A DNA stretch of 64,000 nucleotides from an uncultured Alphaproteobacteria bacterium (lineage in GTDB: Bacteria; Pseudomonadota; Alphaproteobacteria; CAVTAV01). Of the stretch, positions 21,116-32,285 are shown in pieces. The stretch covers positions 52,692 to 116,691 of the forward strand of contig CAWGFE010000004.1 in assembly GCA_963821875.1 (NCBI GenBank), written 5' to 3'. A program made the position numbers and the translations under genes. A model generated the notes under the pieces. The model was not told the origin of the DNA and did no database searches. It worked only from the letters and a program-made list of their open reading frames with translations. Numbering within the stretch: position 1 is the first letter of the stretch; each line of letters begins with the position of its first letter.

Positions 21116-21886
21116 TCACCCTTCGGGGTCGTAGGAGATCCCGTGTTCGACGGCGTTCCACATGGCTTCGCCGATCGGGCGTTCGGATTCTTCGAGCAAA
21201 TGACCGGCGAGGCCGGCGCAGCGGGCGGTGAGCACGATGCCGCGCATGGCTTTGGCGGGCAGGCCCGCTTCGCCGAGCGCCGCGCCGATTGCCGCCGAGA
21301 TGTTGGTCACCAGCTTACGGCCGATTTCCTCTTCGATGCAGGATTCGAGCAGTTCCAGCGTCTTGAGATAGGCGCCGCTGGTGCCGGCATTGCGGGTGAT
21401 ATCCATCAGCCGGGCGAAACGCGGGTCGCCGTCGCGGTGGATCGGATGGCCGAAACCCGGCACCGGCTTCTTGGCGGCCTTGAATTCGCGGAGCGCCGCC
21501 CGGCAGGCGGCCTCGCGTTCGTCTTCCGGCACGGCGACCAGCGGCTCCAGCATCTTGGCGCAGGCGCTGGCCGTGCCGGCGAAACGGTCGCCGACGCCGA
21601 GAAGGCCGGCCGCGATGGCGCCCTGATAGGATTCCGGAGCACCATAGATCGTCAGCCGCGCGGCGACCGCTGAGGGCACGAGACCGTGCTCCATGATGGT
21701 CACCATCACGGCATTCAGGATCTCGACCTGTGCCGGTTCGGGCGTCTTGCCCAGCATTTGCAGCAGGATCATCTCCGGGAAGCTGACCTTGCCCATCAAT
21801 TCGGTGACGAGGTTCTTGCCCCGCACCATGATGTTGTCCTTGTCGTAGCCGCAGATGCTCGTGGTTTTGTGAATTTCTTTCGCCAC
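21116..21886 (-). CDS. Citrate-synthase-fold citryl-CoA lyase-like protein
   Basis: VRGKNLVTELMG, EHGLVPS, VPGFGHPIH..GDPR, AR.AGL.GH..EE; 256 aa, shorter than citrate synthase. Confidence 0.85.
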   Translation of the reverse strand: MAKEIHKTTSICGYDKDNIMVRGKNLVTELMGKVSFPEMILLQMLGKTPEPAQVEILNAVMVTIMEHGLVPSAVAARLTIYGAPESYQGAIAAGLLGVGDRFAGTASACAKMLEPLVAVPEDEREAACRAALREFKAAKKPVPGFGHPIHRDGDPRFARLMDITRNAGTSGAYLKTLELLESCIEEEIGRKLVTNISAAIGAALGEAGLPAKAMRGIVLTARCAGLAGHLLEESERPIGEAMWNAVEHGISYDPEG

Positions 21887-21924
21887 TGTCTTCGCTCTCC
21901 GAGTTCGCCGCCGGGAGGCGGGGC

Positions 21925-23067
21925 TTAAAGGTCGATCTTCTTCAGTTCGTCGCGGATCTCCGCGCCATGCTCGTCAAGCGTCGGCGGCGCGAGCAGGTCT
22001 TCGCTGATCTCCTTGTCGAAGGACAGCGGGCTGCGCACGGTCGTGAACTCGCCCATTTCGGGATGGGTCGTCGAGACCTTGATCTTCAGATGCCTGGCCT
22101 GGGGATCTTCCAGCGCCTCGTTGGAGTCGTAGGCGGCCGAGTAGGGCATGTCGAAGGTGCTGAACCGCTCGCACCACTCGTCGCGGGTCCGCGTCTTGAA
22201 GATCGGCGTCATGATCTCGATGAGATCGTCCTGATGCGCGATGCGGCCCGGCCGTTCGGCAAAGCGTTCATCGGTCAAGAGGTCCGGCCGCTCTATTATT
22301 TTGGTCAGGTTCTCCCAGAACTTGACCGGCGACGACATGTGCAGCGCGACCCATTTGCCGTCCTTGCATTCGAACACATAGGACTGCGAGACGCTCGGAC
22401 GGCTATACGGATTCATGATCTCGCCTACCGAGAAATAGTGGGTGAAGGAATCGAGATTGAAGTGGCACATGGCTTCCAGCATCGAGATATCGATGCGGCG
22501 GCCCTTGCCGGTCGTCTGGCGCTCGAATACCGCGCCGAGAATGCCGAGAGCGGAATAGAAGCCGGTCATGGAATCGGCCAGCGCCGGGCCCAGAACGCGC
22601 GGATGATCTGGCGGCGTCACCAGCCGCAGCCAGCCGCTGGCGGCCTGCGCCACCGTATCGAAGGCCGGTCGGTCCTTGGACGGGCCGCTCGTGCCGAAGC
22701 CCGAGATCGCGCAGTAGATCAGGCCCGGATTGATTTCGTGCAGTTCTTCCTCGCCGGCGCCGAGCTTTTCCGCCACGCCGGGACGGAAGTTCTGGATGAA
22801 GACGTCGGCGGTCTTGATCAGCTTGTGAAAGATCTCCCGGTCGCCTTCATCCTTCGTATCCAGCGCGATACTGCGCTTATTGCGGTTGTAGGTCTGATAA
22901 TGGGGGCTGTAGAGGCCGCCCTTGAAGGCGCGGAACGGATCGCCGACGCCCGGGCGCTCAACCTTGATGACGTCCGCGCCAAGATCGGCGAGATGCATCG
23001 CGGCGGCAGGGCCCGTAATGAAGGTACCCATCTCGACCACGCGCAGATTCTTCAGAACTTTGACCAT
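21925..23067 (-). CDS. Class III CoA-transferase (CaiB/BaiF)
   Basis: LADLGADVIKVE, NRNKRS, NFRPG, ISGFG; catalytic Asp in PALADSMTG; PPTLDEH. Confidence 0.93.
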   Translation of the reverse strand: MVKVLKNLRVVEMGTFITGPAAAMHLADLGADVIKVERPGVGDPFRAFKGGLYSPHYQTYNRNKRSIALDTKDEGDREIFHKLIKTADVFIQNFRPGVAEKLGAGEEELHEINPGLIYCAISGFGTSGPSKDRPAFDTVAQAASGWLRLVTPPDHPRVLGPALADSMTGFYSALGILGAVFERQTTGKGRRIDISMLEAMCHFNLDSFTHYFSVGEIMNPYSRPSVSQSYVFECKDGKWVALHMSSPVKFWENLTKIIERPDLLTDERFAERPGRIAHQDDLIEIMTPIFKTRTRDEWCERFSTFDMPYSAAYDSNEALEDPQARHLKIKVSTTHPEMGEFTTVRSPLSFDKEISEDLLAPPTLDEHGAEIRDELKKIDL

Positions 23068-23310
23068 ATTTCCCCACAACCCTTCAGCTTGTTTCTTGAG
23101 GTGCGCGCGATCATACGGAAAGCCCCAATGGCTATCAACCGGCTAACCACGCCTTCCCCTTCGCGCCGAGATGGGGCAGGATGCACGCCGAACATCGAAT
23201 TCTTTCAGGTTGTGTGTTGCCACGGCGGCGCGGCCAAGCGATATTTTCGCAGCGGCCGATGCTAGCGGGCAGGATCCGACTAGTGGCTTGACGTAACTAA
23301 GGGGGGCTGA

Positions 23311-24345
23311 ATGCCGAACAAACTTTTCCCGTGCACGCTCGTTGGCAGCTATGTGCAGCCGAACTGGCTCATGGACAAGCAGAAATTGAAGGGCCGGTTT
23401 CCGCCGCGCGTGCGGGCGAAGGAGTTGTGGCGCGTTCCGCCTGAAACTCTGGAAGAGGCGCAGGACGATGCGACCCGGCTGGCGATTCTCGATCAGGAAG
23501 AAGCCGGGCTCGATATCGTGACGGACGGCGAAATTCGCCGCGAGAGTTATTCCAACCTGTTTTCGAACGCGCTGGACGGTATCGATATCGACAATCCGGG
23601 CCAGGCCCTGGATCGCAGCGGCGAGCCCGTTTATGTGCCGCGCATCGTCGGGCCGATCAAGCGCACCAAGCCGATCTGCGTGAAGGATGTCGAGTTTCTC
23701 AAAGCGCACACGACGCGCCAGACCAAGATCACCGTGCCGGGCCCCTTCACCATGTCGGAGCAGGCGCAGGACGATTACTACGGTTCCGGCCCCGAACGGT
23801 CGATGGCCTATGCCGCGGCGCTGAACGAGGAGATCAAAGATCTGTTCAAGGCGGGCGTCGACGTCGTCTCGATCGATGAGCCCTATATGCAGGCCCGGTA
23901 TGAAAAGGCCCGCGAATACGGCGTCGCTGCGATGAACCGTGCGCTCGAGGGAGTCGACGGCAAGACCGGCGTGCATATCTGCTTTGGCTATGCCGCGCTG
24001 ATCCACGAGCGTCCCCAGGGCTATTTCTTCCTGCCCGAGTTCGAGGACACCCGCGTCGATCAGATCTCGATCGAGACCGCCCAGTCTAATCTCGATTGCA
24101 CGATCCTGGAAAAACTGCCGACCAAGGAAATCGTTCTCGGCGTCATCGATCTCTCCACCGAAGAAGTCGAGAGCGTCGATACGGTGAAGTCGCGGGTGAA
24201 GCGGGCGCTGGACCACTTCCCGGCCGAACGGCTTACGCTCGCGCCGGATTGCGGCATGAAATACATCTCCCGCGAGTCGGCCATGGGCAAACTCAAGGCG
24301 ATGACCCGGGCCGCCGCCGAACTGCGCGACGAATACGCCAAATAG
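23311..24345 (+). CDS. Single-barrel MetE-like (cobalamin-independent methionine synthase II family) Zn enzyme, function uncertain
   Basis: VGSY, DIVTDGEIRRES, PGPFTM, IDEP; Zn ligands HIC...E...PDCG; 344 aa, no N-terminal folate barrel. Confidence 0.85.
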   Translation: MPNKLFPCTLVGSYVQPNWLMDKQKLKGRFPPRVRAKELWRVPPETLEEAQDDATRLAILDQEEAGLDIVTDGEIRRESYSNLFSNALDGIDIDNPGQALDRSGEPVYVPRIVGPIKRTKPICVKDVEFLKAHTTRQTKITVPGPFTMSEQAQDDYYGSGPERSMAYAAALNEEIKDLFKAGVDVVSIDEPYMQARYEKAREYGVAAMNRALEGVDGKTGVHICFGYAALIHERPQGYFFLPEFEDTRVDQISIETAQSNLDCTILEKLPTKEIVLGVIDLSTEEVESVDTVKSRVKRALDHFPAERLTLAPDCGMKYISRESAMGKLKAMTRAAAELRDEYAK

Positions 24346-24373
24346 ATCGGTCGGTTAAGGCGGCGAAAACGAG

Positions 24374-25363
24374 TTAAGCCGCCTTGCCGCGCTGATACAG
24401 GAGCGTGCCGGCGATCTGTTCGCCGATGCGCCAGGCCGTGCGGGTTATGGCCGAGCGCACCGCCGGCGGGTTCGGTCCGAGGTCGGCTTCCCGCCAATCG
24501 GCCACGTCGTTGAAGCCCACGGTCTGGAACCGGTGGGTATTCTCGGCCAGGAACGTGCACAAGCCGGTAAACCGGGCCCGGGCGATCTTCTCGACCCGCA
24601 TCATGTCCCGGCTCAGCAGCTCGAAGCTGTGCAGCACGACGGTGGCGGATCTTGCACCCGCCGCGTGAAGCGCGTTCAGCACATAGCGCATCTCGGCCAG
24701 CGAGCAGGCGCAGAGCTGCAACGCCCGGGTGTGGCCCGGACGGTCGTAGAAGAAGGTGACGGGAACCTCGACAAGGTCGCCGATATGCACCGGCCCGGTC
24801 AGGGCCTCCGGCCGGGAGATCCGGCAGGTATCGCCGAGATAGTCCCGATTATAGCTTGCATCGAAATGAATGCCGTTTCGGACGAGGGCGTCGAGCGTGT
24901 CGTTATTGGCGCCGTAATTGCCCGCGCGGTAGGCGGTCACGGCGGTGGCCCCGGCTTCCGACAGGTTGTTTTTGGCCGTGGCCAGCAGGTTCGCCTGCTC
25001 GTCGAGCGAAAATTCCGTGAGATTCTCGGCGCTGCGGCTCTCGAAAATCGCCGGAGCGTGCGCCATCCATTCGCAATGAAGATGGAGTTGGGCCTCGTGA
25101 CCGTATGACTGGACCGCCTGGACGATTTCCTCGAGATGGCGCGATCCGAAGACGGAGGCGTGAAGCGCTTCGGTGAAGAAGACGGCCTTCAGGCCATGCT
25201 CGTGCAGGACGCGGGCGATATAGCGCGTGCCGAAATCGCCCTCGGCGCATTCGCCCCAGATGCCGCGGCCGATCAGGCGCTCGAAAGAAACGTCCGGGCC
25301 CGGCGCCGGGATCGCGGTTTCGGTATCGATGGTGATGAAGACCTGCACGATACGCCTCCCCAA
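24374..25363 (-). CDS. Polysaccharide deacetylase family protein
   Basis: FITIDTE, GHEAQLHLH, YRAGNY, FDAS; directly downstream of glmS. Confidence 0.8.
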   Translation of the reverse strand: MGRRIVQVFITIDTETAIPAPGPDVSFERLIGRGIWGECAEGDFGTRYIARVLHEHGLKAVFFTEALHASVFGSRHLEEIVQAVQSYGHEAQLHLHCEWMAHAPAIFESRSAENLTEFSLDEQANLLATAKNNLSEAGATAVTAYRAGNYGANNDTLDALVRNGIHFDASYNRDYLGDTCRISRPEALTGPVHIGDLVEVPVTFFYDRPGHTRALQLCACSLAEMRYVLNALHAAGARSATVVLHSFELLSRDMMRVEKIARARFTGLCTFLAENTHRFQTVGFNDVADWREADLGPNPPAVRSAITRTAWRIGEQIAGTLLYQRGKAA

Positions 25364-25387
25364 TCCGGCCTGGGCCCCAAAAGGCCG

Positions 25388-27212
<1,825 letters not shown>

Positions 27213-27218
27213 CTTGCC

Positions 27219-28634
27219 CTAATCCTTGTTGCGGTTCCGCTGGACCGATTTCGGGTCCGGCTTGGGCACCTTGCCCGAGGCTTTTTCGGCCGCCTTCTGC
27301 TTACGATACCGCGCAGCGGCTTCCGGCCGGTTAATTTGATCGGCCCGCGTGACGGCGAAGCCATCCCTGGGCACATCCTTGGTGACGACGCTGCCCGCGC
27401 CCGTGAAGGCCCCGTCCTCCACCGTGATCGGCGGCACCAGCGTCGAATTGGAGCCGATGAAGGCCCGCGCGCCGATAATGGTGAGGTGTTTGTTGAAGCC
27501 ATCGTAATTGCAGGTGATCGTGCCCGCGCCGATATTCGCTTCCGGCCCCAGCCAGGCGTCGCCGATATAGCTGAGGTGATTGACCTTCGTACCCTCGCCG
27601 ATGACCGCGTTCTTCACCTCGACGAAATTGCCGATATGGGCGTCCGCGCTGATATCCGCGCCGGGGCGCAGCCGGGCGAAGGGGCCGATGATCGCGCCGT
27701 CCGCGATGGTCGCGCCCTCGATATGGCAGAACGCGTTGATCGTGACATTGTCGCCGACCGTGACGCCGGGGCCGAAAACCACATTTGGCCCTACGGTCAC
27801 GTCGCTGCCGAGCCTGGTGTCATAGCTGAAATAGACGCTCGAGGGGTCCTGAAGCGTCGCGCCGTCTTCCATGGCTTTCCGGCGCAGTCGCTTCTGCATC
27901 ACGCCCTCGACCAAAGCGAGCTCGTCCCGGGAATTGACGCCCAGAACCTCTTCCTCCTCGCCCTCGACGACGACGGACGGCAGATTGCGCCGCCGCGCGA
28001 TCGCGACGATATCGGTGAGGTAATATTCCTGCTTGGCGTTGTCGTTGTTCACCTCGCGCAGAAGATCGAACAGGATCGACCCGTCGACGACCATCACCCC
28101 CGAATTACACAGATCGATCGCCCGCTGGGCCTCACTGGCGTCCTTGAATTCGACGATCTCTTCCAGCACGCCGGCGTCGTTCACGATCAACCGGCCATAT
28201 TGCGCCGGATCCTTCGGGCGGAAGCCGAGGACCACGACAGCCGGAGGCGCGCCGTCGGCCCCGGCGGGCTTGCGCCGGGCGTCCAGCATCCGCTCGATGG
28301 TTTCGGTGCGCACCAGCGGGTCGGCGGCGAACAGGATCACGACATCGCCGGAGAAGCCGTCCATCGCCTCCGCTGCCGCGAGAACCGCATGGCCGGTGCC
28401 CAGCGGCGGGTCCTGAATAGCGCTTGCGGCCGGGCCGATGGTGGCGCGAACGTCGTCCTGGGCGGGTGAGGTGACGACCACCACACGCTTCGGCGAGAGG
28501 CTTTGGCTCGTGGCCAGAACGTGATGCAGCATGGGCCGTCCGGCGACCGGATGCATGACCTTCGGCAGAGCTGATTTCATACGGGTGCCCTGGCCGGCGG
28601 CCAGAATGATCACACCGATGTCCGAGATTGACAT
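27219..28634 (-). CDS. glmU: Bifunctional GlmU (uridylyltransferase/acetyltransferase)
   Basis: ILAAGQGTRMKS, EYYLTD, GPFARLRPG, NHLSYIGD, NYDGFNKH. Confidence 0.97.
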   Translation of the reverse strand: MSISDIGVIILAAGQGTRMKSALPKVMHPVAGRPMLHHVLATSQSLSPKRVVVVTSPAQDDVRATIGPAASAIQDPPLGTGHAVLAAAEAMDGFSGDVVILFAADPLVRTETIERMLDARRKPAGADGAPPAVVVLGFRPKDPAQYGRLIVNDAGVLEEIVEFKDASEAQRAIDLCNSGVMVVDGSILFDLLREVNNDNAKQEYYLTDIVAIARRRNLPSVVVEGEEEEVLGVNSRDELALVEGVMQKRLRRKAMEDGATLQDPSSVYFSYDTRLGSDVTVGPNVVFGPGVTVGDNVTINAFCHIEGATIADGAIIGPFARLRPGADISADAHIGNFVEVKNAVIGEGTKVNHLSYIGDAWLGPEANIGAGTITCNYDGFNKHLTIIGARAFIGSNSTLVPPITVEDGAFTGAGSVVTKDVPRDGFAVTRADQINRPEAAARYRKQKAAEKASGKVPKPDPKSVQRNRNKD

Positions 28635-28857
28635 ATCGTTGATTTTAAACTAAAATTTCCAGCCTGGGGCAGTGACGGTAGAGGGAAATTTTCCAACCGG
28701 GATATTAATTTACCGATAATGCTGATGGGCGTGCGGACGCTTGTCAACAATGTCGGGTAACCATAAGCCGAGAGGACCGGGGACCCCGCCGATCGTTGCC
28801 GGAGGCGATAGACCGTCGGCGCCATCGGATAATGGACGGCTTAAATGGGGCAAGTAT

Positions 28858-28872
28858 GTGTCAATTTGACAC
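28858..28872. promoter_or_regulatory. Perfect inverted repeat, candidate operator
   Basis: GTGTCAA-T-TTGACAC in the AT-richer divergent glmU/hydroxylase intergenic region. Confidence 0.45.
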
Positions 28873-29028
28873 CATAAATTGCCGCCAACCGTTTTAAAGT
28901 CGAACGCCGGCACATATCCGAAACCGGAAATCCGGTAATCATCGGTAAATCGCTCTCTGGCATGATATCTGCTTTCGCGTCGGGTAAGGGATCCGCACGG
29001 GGCTGTTATTTCGAAGAGAGTGGTTTTC

Positions 29029-30111
29029 ATGGTTTCGCAAAGTCAGCGCGTCGAAACGGCGAATGAACAGAATGGTCAGATCGGCGAGGTCGCCAATTCG
29101 AACATCGCGAACGATCCGGTATTCAAGAAGCGGTCGTTCCTCAAGCTGCCGGTCGAGATCGACGTAAAACGCCTTGTAGACGAATATAACAGCATCCCCG
29201 AAGAGGCTTGGGGCACGAGCTTCTGGGACGCCCATTGTTCGATCGATGTTCTAACCCTCCGCGCCGGCACAAACGGCGACGATACCGATTACATCACCGA
29301 CAATGTCAGCGACAATCCGATCCTGAAGGATTATCCCTATATTTCCTGGCTGTTGAGCGAGGACAGCCCGTTCGGCCGGTCTCTCTATGTCGTGATGTTC
29401 CGGATGCGCCCCAACGGGATCACCCGCATCCATCCGGACAATCATGAAGCCTGGGAGACGACGCACCGCATCCATATTCCACTCACCACCAATGACGGCG
29501 CGTTTCTGCTGTCGGAAGGCCGCGCCAAGCACATCCCGGTCGGCGAGGTCTGGACCTTCGACAATCAGGCGCTTCACTCGGTCGTCAATGGCGACACAAT
29601 GCGCTGCCACATGGTGATCGATGTGCGGCCCAATCCGAAGCTTCAGGCCCTGATGCGGGACGCCGTTTTCGATCCCGGCGAGGACAGCCCCGATTTGTGG
29701 GAAAAGACCGGCGGCCCCGGCACGCTCGACCGCGTGCTGCCGCTCGTCTATGGCTGGGCGCGTCCCCTGTCGGCCAAGGAAAAGCGGGAGAAAGGCCTGC
29801 CGATAGAAGGTTTCGGCTCCCTGATCACCGATCTCGGCAAGCGCGCCAAGCTGCTCGGCACGCCTCTCCAAGAGGGTGACATCATGACCGATGTGAACGG
29901 CGTGGATACCAACCCCGTCGCCCGCACCGCCTTCGACCAGATCGAACTGGAGCATCTTCCCGGCGAGACGGTAACCATCGGCGTGCTGCGCGACGACAAG
30001 CGGGTCGAGTGCAAGATCAAGCTCAAGCCGTCCAATTACTTCGATCCGATCGATCGGGTGCGGGTCGCGCTTGGCGGCAAGCCCAAAAAGCCCGATATGA
30101 CCTATATCTAA
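29029..30111 (+). CDS. Aspartyl/asparaginyl beta-hydroxylase-like Fe(II)/2OG dioxygenase fused to a C-terminal PDZ-like domain
   Basis: HxD (IHPD), RIHIPLTTN, GEVWTFDNQALHSVVN...RCHMVID; then LQEGDIMTDVNG...PGETVTIGVLRD. Confidence 0.75.
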   Translation: MVSQSQRVETANEQNGQIGEVANSNIANDPVFKKRSFLKLPVEIDVKRLVDEYNSIPEEAWGTSFWDAHCSIDVLTLRAGTNGDDTDYITDNVSDNPILKDYPYISWLLSEDSPFGRSLYVVMFRMRPNGITRIHPDNHEAWETTHRIHIPLTTNDGAFLLSEGRAKHIPVGEVWTFDNQALHSVVNGDTMRCHMVIDVRPNPKLQALMRDAVFDPGEDSPDLWEKTGGPGTLDRVLPLVYGWARPLSAKEKREKGLPIEGFGSLITDLGKRAKLLGTPLQEGDIMTDVNGVDTNPVARTAFDQIELEHLPGETVTIGVLRDDKRVECKIKLKPSNYFDPIDRVRVALGGKPKKPDMTYI

Positions 30112-30138
30112 ACGATATCGCCATTGTTATGGTGACCC

Positions 30139-30164
30139 GGTCCCCGCGTCATGGCGCGGGGACC
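30139..30164 (+). terminator. GC-rich hairpin after the hydroxylase gene
   Basis: GGTCCCCGCG-tcatgg-CGCGGGGACC; weak U tail. Confidence 0.4.
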
Positions 30165-30194
30165 TGCTATTCGGGCCTGTTGCAAGGATAAGCT

Positions 30195-30863
30195 TTGACC
30201 AGCCGACGTCTCGTCGTCTTCGATCTCGACGGAACCCTGATCGATACCGCGCCGGATCTGACGGCCGCTCTCAACCACGTGCTGACCACGCTGGAGCGCC
30301 CGACCGTGCCCGAGGATTCCGTCCGCCATATGGTCGGGCACGGCGCGCGCATGCTGCTCCGGCGCGGGCTGGCGGCCTCCGGCCCCGAGCCGTCGGACGC
30401 GGATGTCGAAGCGCTCATGCCGGCCTTTCTGGACTATTACGGCACCCATGTCGCCGACCGCAGCATGCCGTTTCCCGGCATGGCCGAGGCGCTTGACGAG
30501 CTGGCGGCGGCCGGCGCCGGTTTCGGCATCTGCACCAACAAGCCGGAAGCCCTGTCGGTCAGCCTGATCCAGTCCCTGGGTCTCGCCGAGCGATTCCCGG
30601 TCATCGTCGGGGCGGACACATTGCCGGTCAGAAAGCCCGATCCGGCCCCGCTCGTCCATGCCATCGCCCGGCTTGGCGGCGCGCTGGGGCACACCGTCTA
30701 TGTCGGAGACAGCGAGACCGACGTGAAAACCGCTCGGGCCGCGGGCGTGCCGGTCGTCGTGGTGAGCTGGGGCTATACGCCGATCCCCCCGGCCGAACTC
30801 GGCGGCGACACGCTGATCACACAATTTTCCGAACTTGCCGCGGCGGTGCGCGCCCTGTCTTGA
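30195..30863 (+). CDS. gph: Phosphoglycolate phosphatase (HAD)
   Basis: FDLDGTLIDT, CTNKP, RKPDP, VGDSETD. Confidence 0.9.
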   Translation: MTSRRLVVFDLDGTLIDTAPDLTAALNHVLTTLERPTVPEDSVRHMVGHGARMLLRRGLAASGPEPSDADVEALMPAFLDYYGTHVADRSMPFPGMAEALDELAAAGAGFGICTNKPEALSVSLIQSLGLAERFPVIVGADTLPVRKPDPAPLVHAIARLGGALGHTVYVGDSETDVKTARAAGVPVVVVSWGYTPIPPAELGGDTLITQFSELAAAVRALS

Positions 30864-30902
30864 CAACCACGGGTCGAGGCCGTACCAGACGGCATCCCGC
30901 GC

Positions 30903-30978
30903 GGGCGATTAGCTCAGTTGGTAGAGCACTGTGTTCACATCGCAGGGGTCACTGGTTCGAGTCCAGTATCGCCCACCA
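30903..30978 (+). tRNA. tRNA-Val (CAC)
   Basis: Acceptor GGGCGAT/ATCGCCC-A-CCA, D arm GCTCAGTTGGTAGAGC, anticodon arm CTGTG-TTCACAT-CGCAG, T arm ACTGG-TTCGAGT-CCAGT; TTGACA at 30860 upstream. Confidence 0.97.
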
Positions 30979-31069
30979 TGCTTCGCTTGCACTGCAGGCT
31001 TCGGCTCGGCTGGCCAGTTCACAGTCTTCTGTGCGGAGCAACCGAAGCCGGAGCGTATGACCGTCGGCG

Positions 31070-32251
31070 TCAACGGGTTTCGGGCGACAGATCCGCCGTT
31101 ACCGGCGTCGAGATCAGGCCTTTCTCCTCGGCGACCTTTTCCGCGTCCTTGTTGTCGAGCGTGATGCCGCGAGCGAGGCCGAGCGGCTGCGCGCCGTCGC
31201 CGGTGTTCAGCGTGACCGATGTGCTGGTCTGGACGCGCAGGGGAAAATTCGTGTTGTCGTTCAGGACCAGAATCCGGACCGGCACGCGCTGGGTGACCTT
31301 CACCCAGTTGCCGGTCGCGTTTTCGGGCGGCAGAAGGGAGAACGCCGCGCCGCTGGCGGGGTCGAGGCTTTCCACGATGCCGTGGAATTTATGGCCCGGA
31401 TACATGTCGACGCTGATGGTCGCCACCTGACCCGGGCGAATTCGGGTGATGTCGGTTTCCTTGTAATTGGCGTAGACCCAGAAGCGGTTGGTGCAGACCA
31501 GCACGCCGACGTTCTTGCCAATCTGCAGTACGTCGCCGGGTTGCACGGAAAAGCCGGAAATCTGCCCGTCGCAGTCGGCATCGATCTCGGTATGCGCAAG
31601 CTCGAACCGGGCTTTGCTCAGCGCGGCTTGCGCCTTGCGGATGCGCGTGTTGCCCGGACCGGTCTGGCCGAGCATCTTGCGCGCCGCCGTCAGTTGGGCG
31701 CGGGCCAGGTCGAGATTGGCGCGCGCGCTGCGAAGCGATGCCCGGTCGTCATCCAGCTTGGACTGGGGCGCGTTGCCCTGGGCGACCAGATCTTTCGTTC
31801 GCTTGTAAGTCGCCTCGGCATTGGTGAGCGTGGCTTTTCGCGCCCGGATGGACGCTTCGGCGGCTTTTACGGCCGCCGTTTCGGTCGCCACCATCTCCTT
31901 GGCGCTCTTGAGCTGAGCCTTGGCCTCGGCCACTTGATATCGATAGGGGCGCGGGTCGATCCTGAGCAGCAAGTCGCCCTTTTTCACGCGCTGCTGGTCG
32001 TCCAGCGGAGCCGCGACCACCTGACCGGCGACATCCGGCGCGACATGGACGGTATTCGCCTTGATATATGCGTCACTTGTGCTCGGATAATGTTTCTTGT
32101 GGAGGTAATACAGATATCCACCGACGCCGCAGGCGACGAACAAGACGAAAACCACGCCCCATTTGACCCAGCGCCAGCGGCCGGACTTCTTTTCAGGCCC
32201 GTTCGCCGTTCCGCGCTCGTCAGTTGCCATGGTTTCGTCTTTGTCCGTCAT
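31070..32251 (-). CDS. emrA: EmrA/HlyD family membrane fusion protein
   Basis: STSDAYI, VKKGDLL.RIDP, ANYKET, FSLLPPENATGNWVKVTQRVPVRI. Confidence 0.9.
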   Translation of the reverse strand: MTDKDETMATDERGTANGPEKKSGRWRWVKWGVVFVLFVACGVGGYLYYLHKKHYPSTSDAYIKANTVHVAPDVAGQVVAAPLDDQQRVKKGDLLLRIDPRPYRYQVAEAKAQLKSAKEMVATETAAVKAAEASIRARKATLTNAEATYKRTKDLVAQGNAPQSKLDDDRASLRSARANLDLARAQLTAARKMLGQTGPGNTRIRKAQAALSKARFELAHTEIDADCDGQISGFSVQPGDVLQIGKNVGVLVCTNRFWVYANYKETDITRIRPGQVATISVDMYPGHKFHGIVESLDPASGAAFSLLPPENATGNWVKVTQRVPVRILVLNDNTNFPLRVQTSTSVTLNTGDGAQPLGLARGITLDNKDAEKVAEEKGLISTPVTADLSPETR

Positions 32252-32285
32252 ATTTCGACTTCTTGTGTCCGCGTTCGGGCCGGCG

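Noticed and set aside
23311-24345. Calling the MetE-like gene metE
   Set aside because: Half the length of MetE, no folate-binding barrel and a catabolic neighbourhood.
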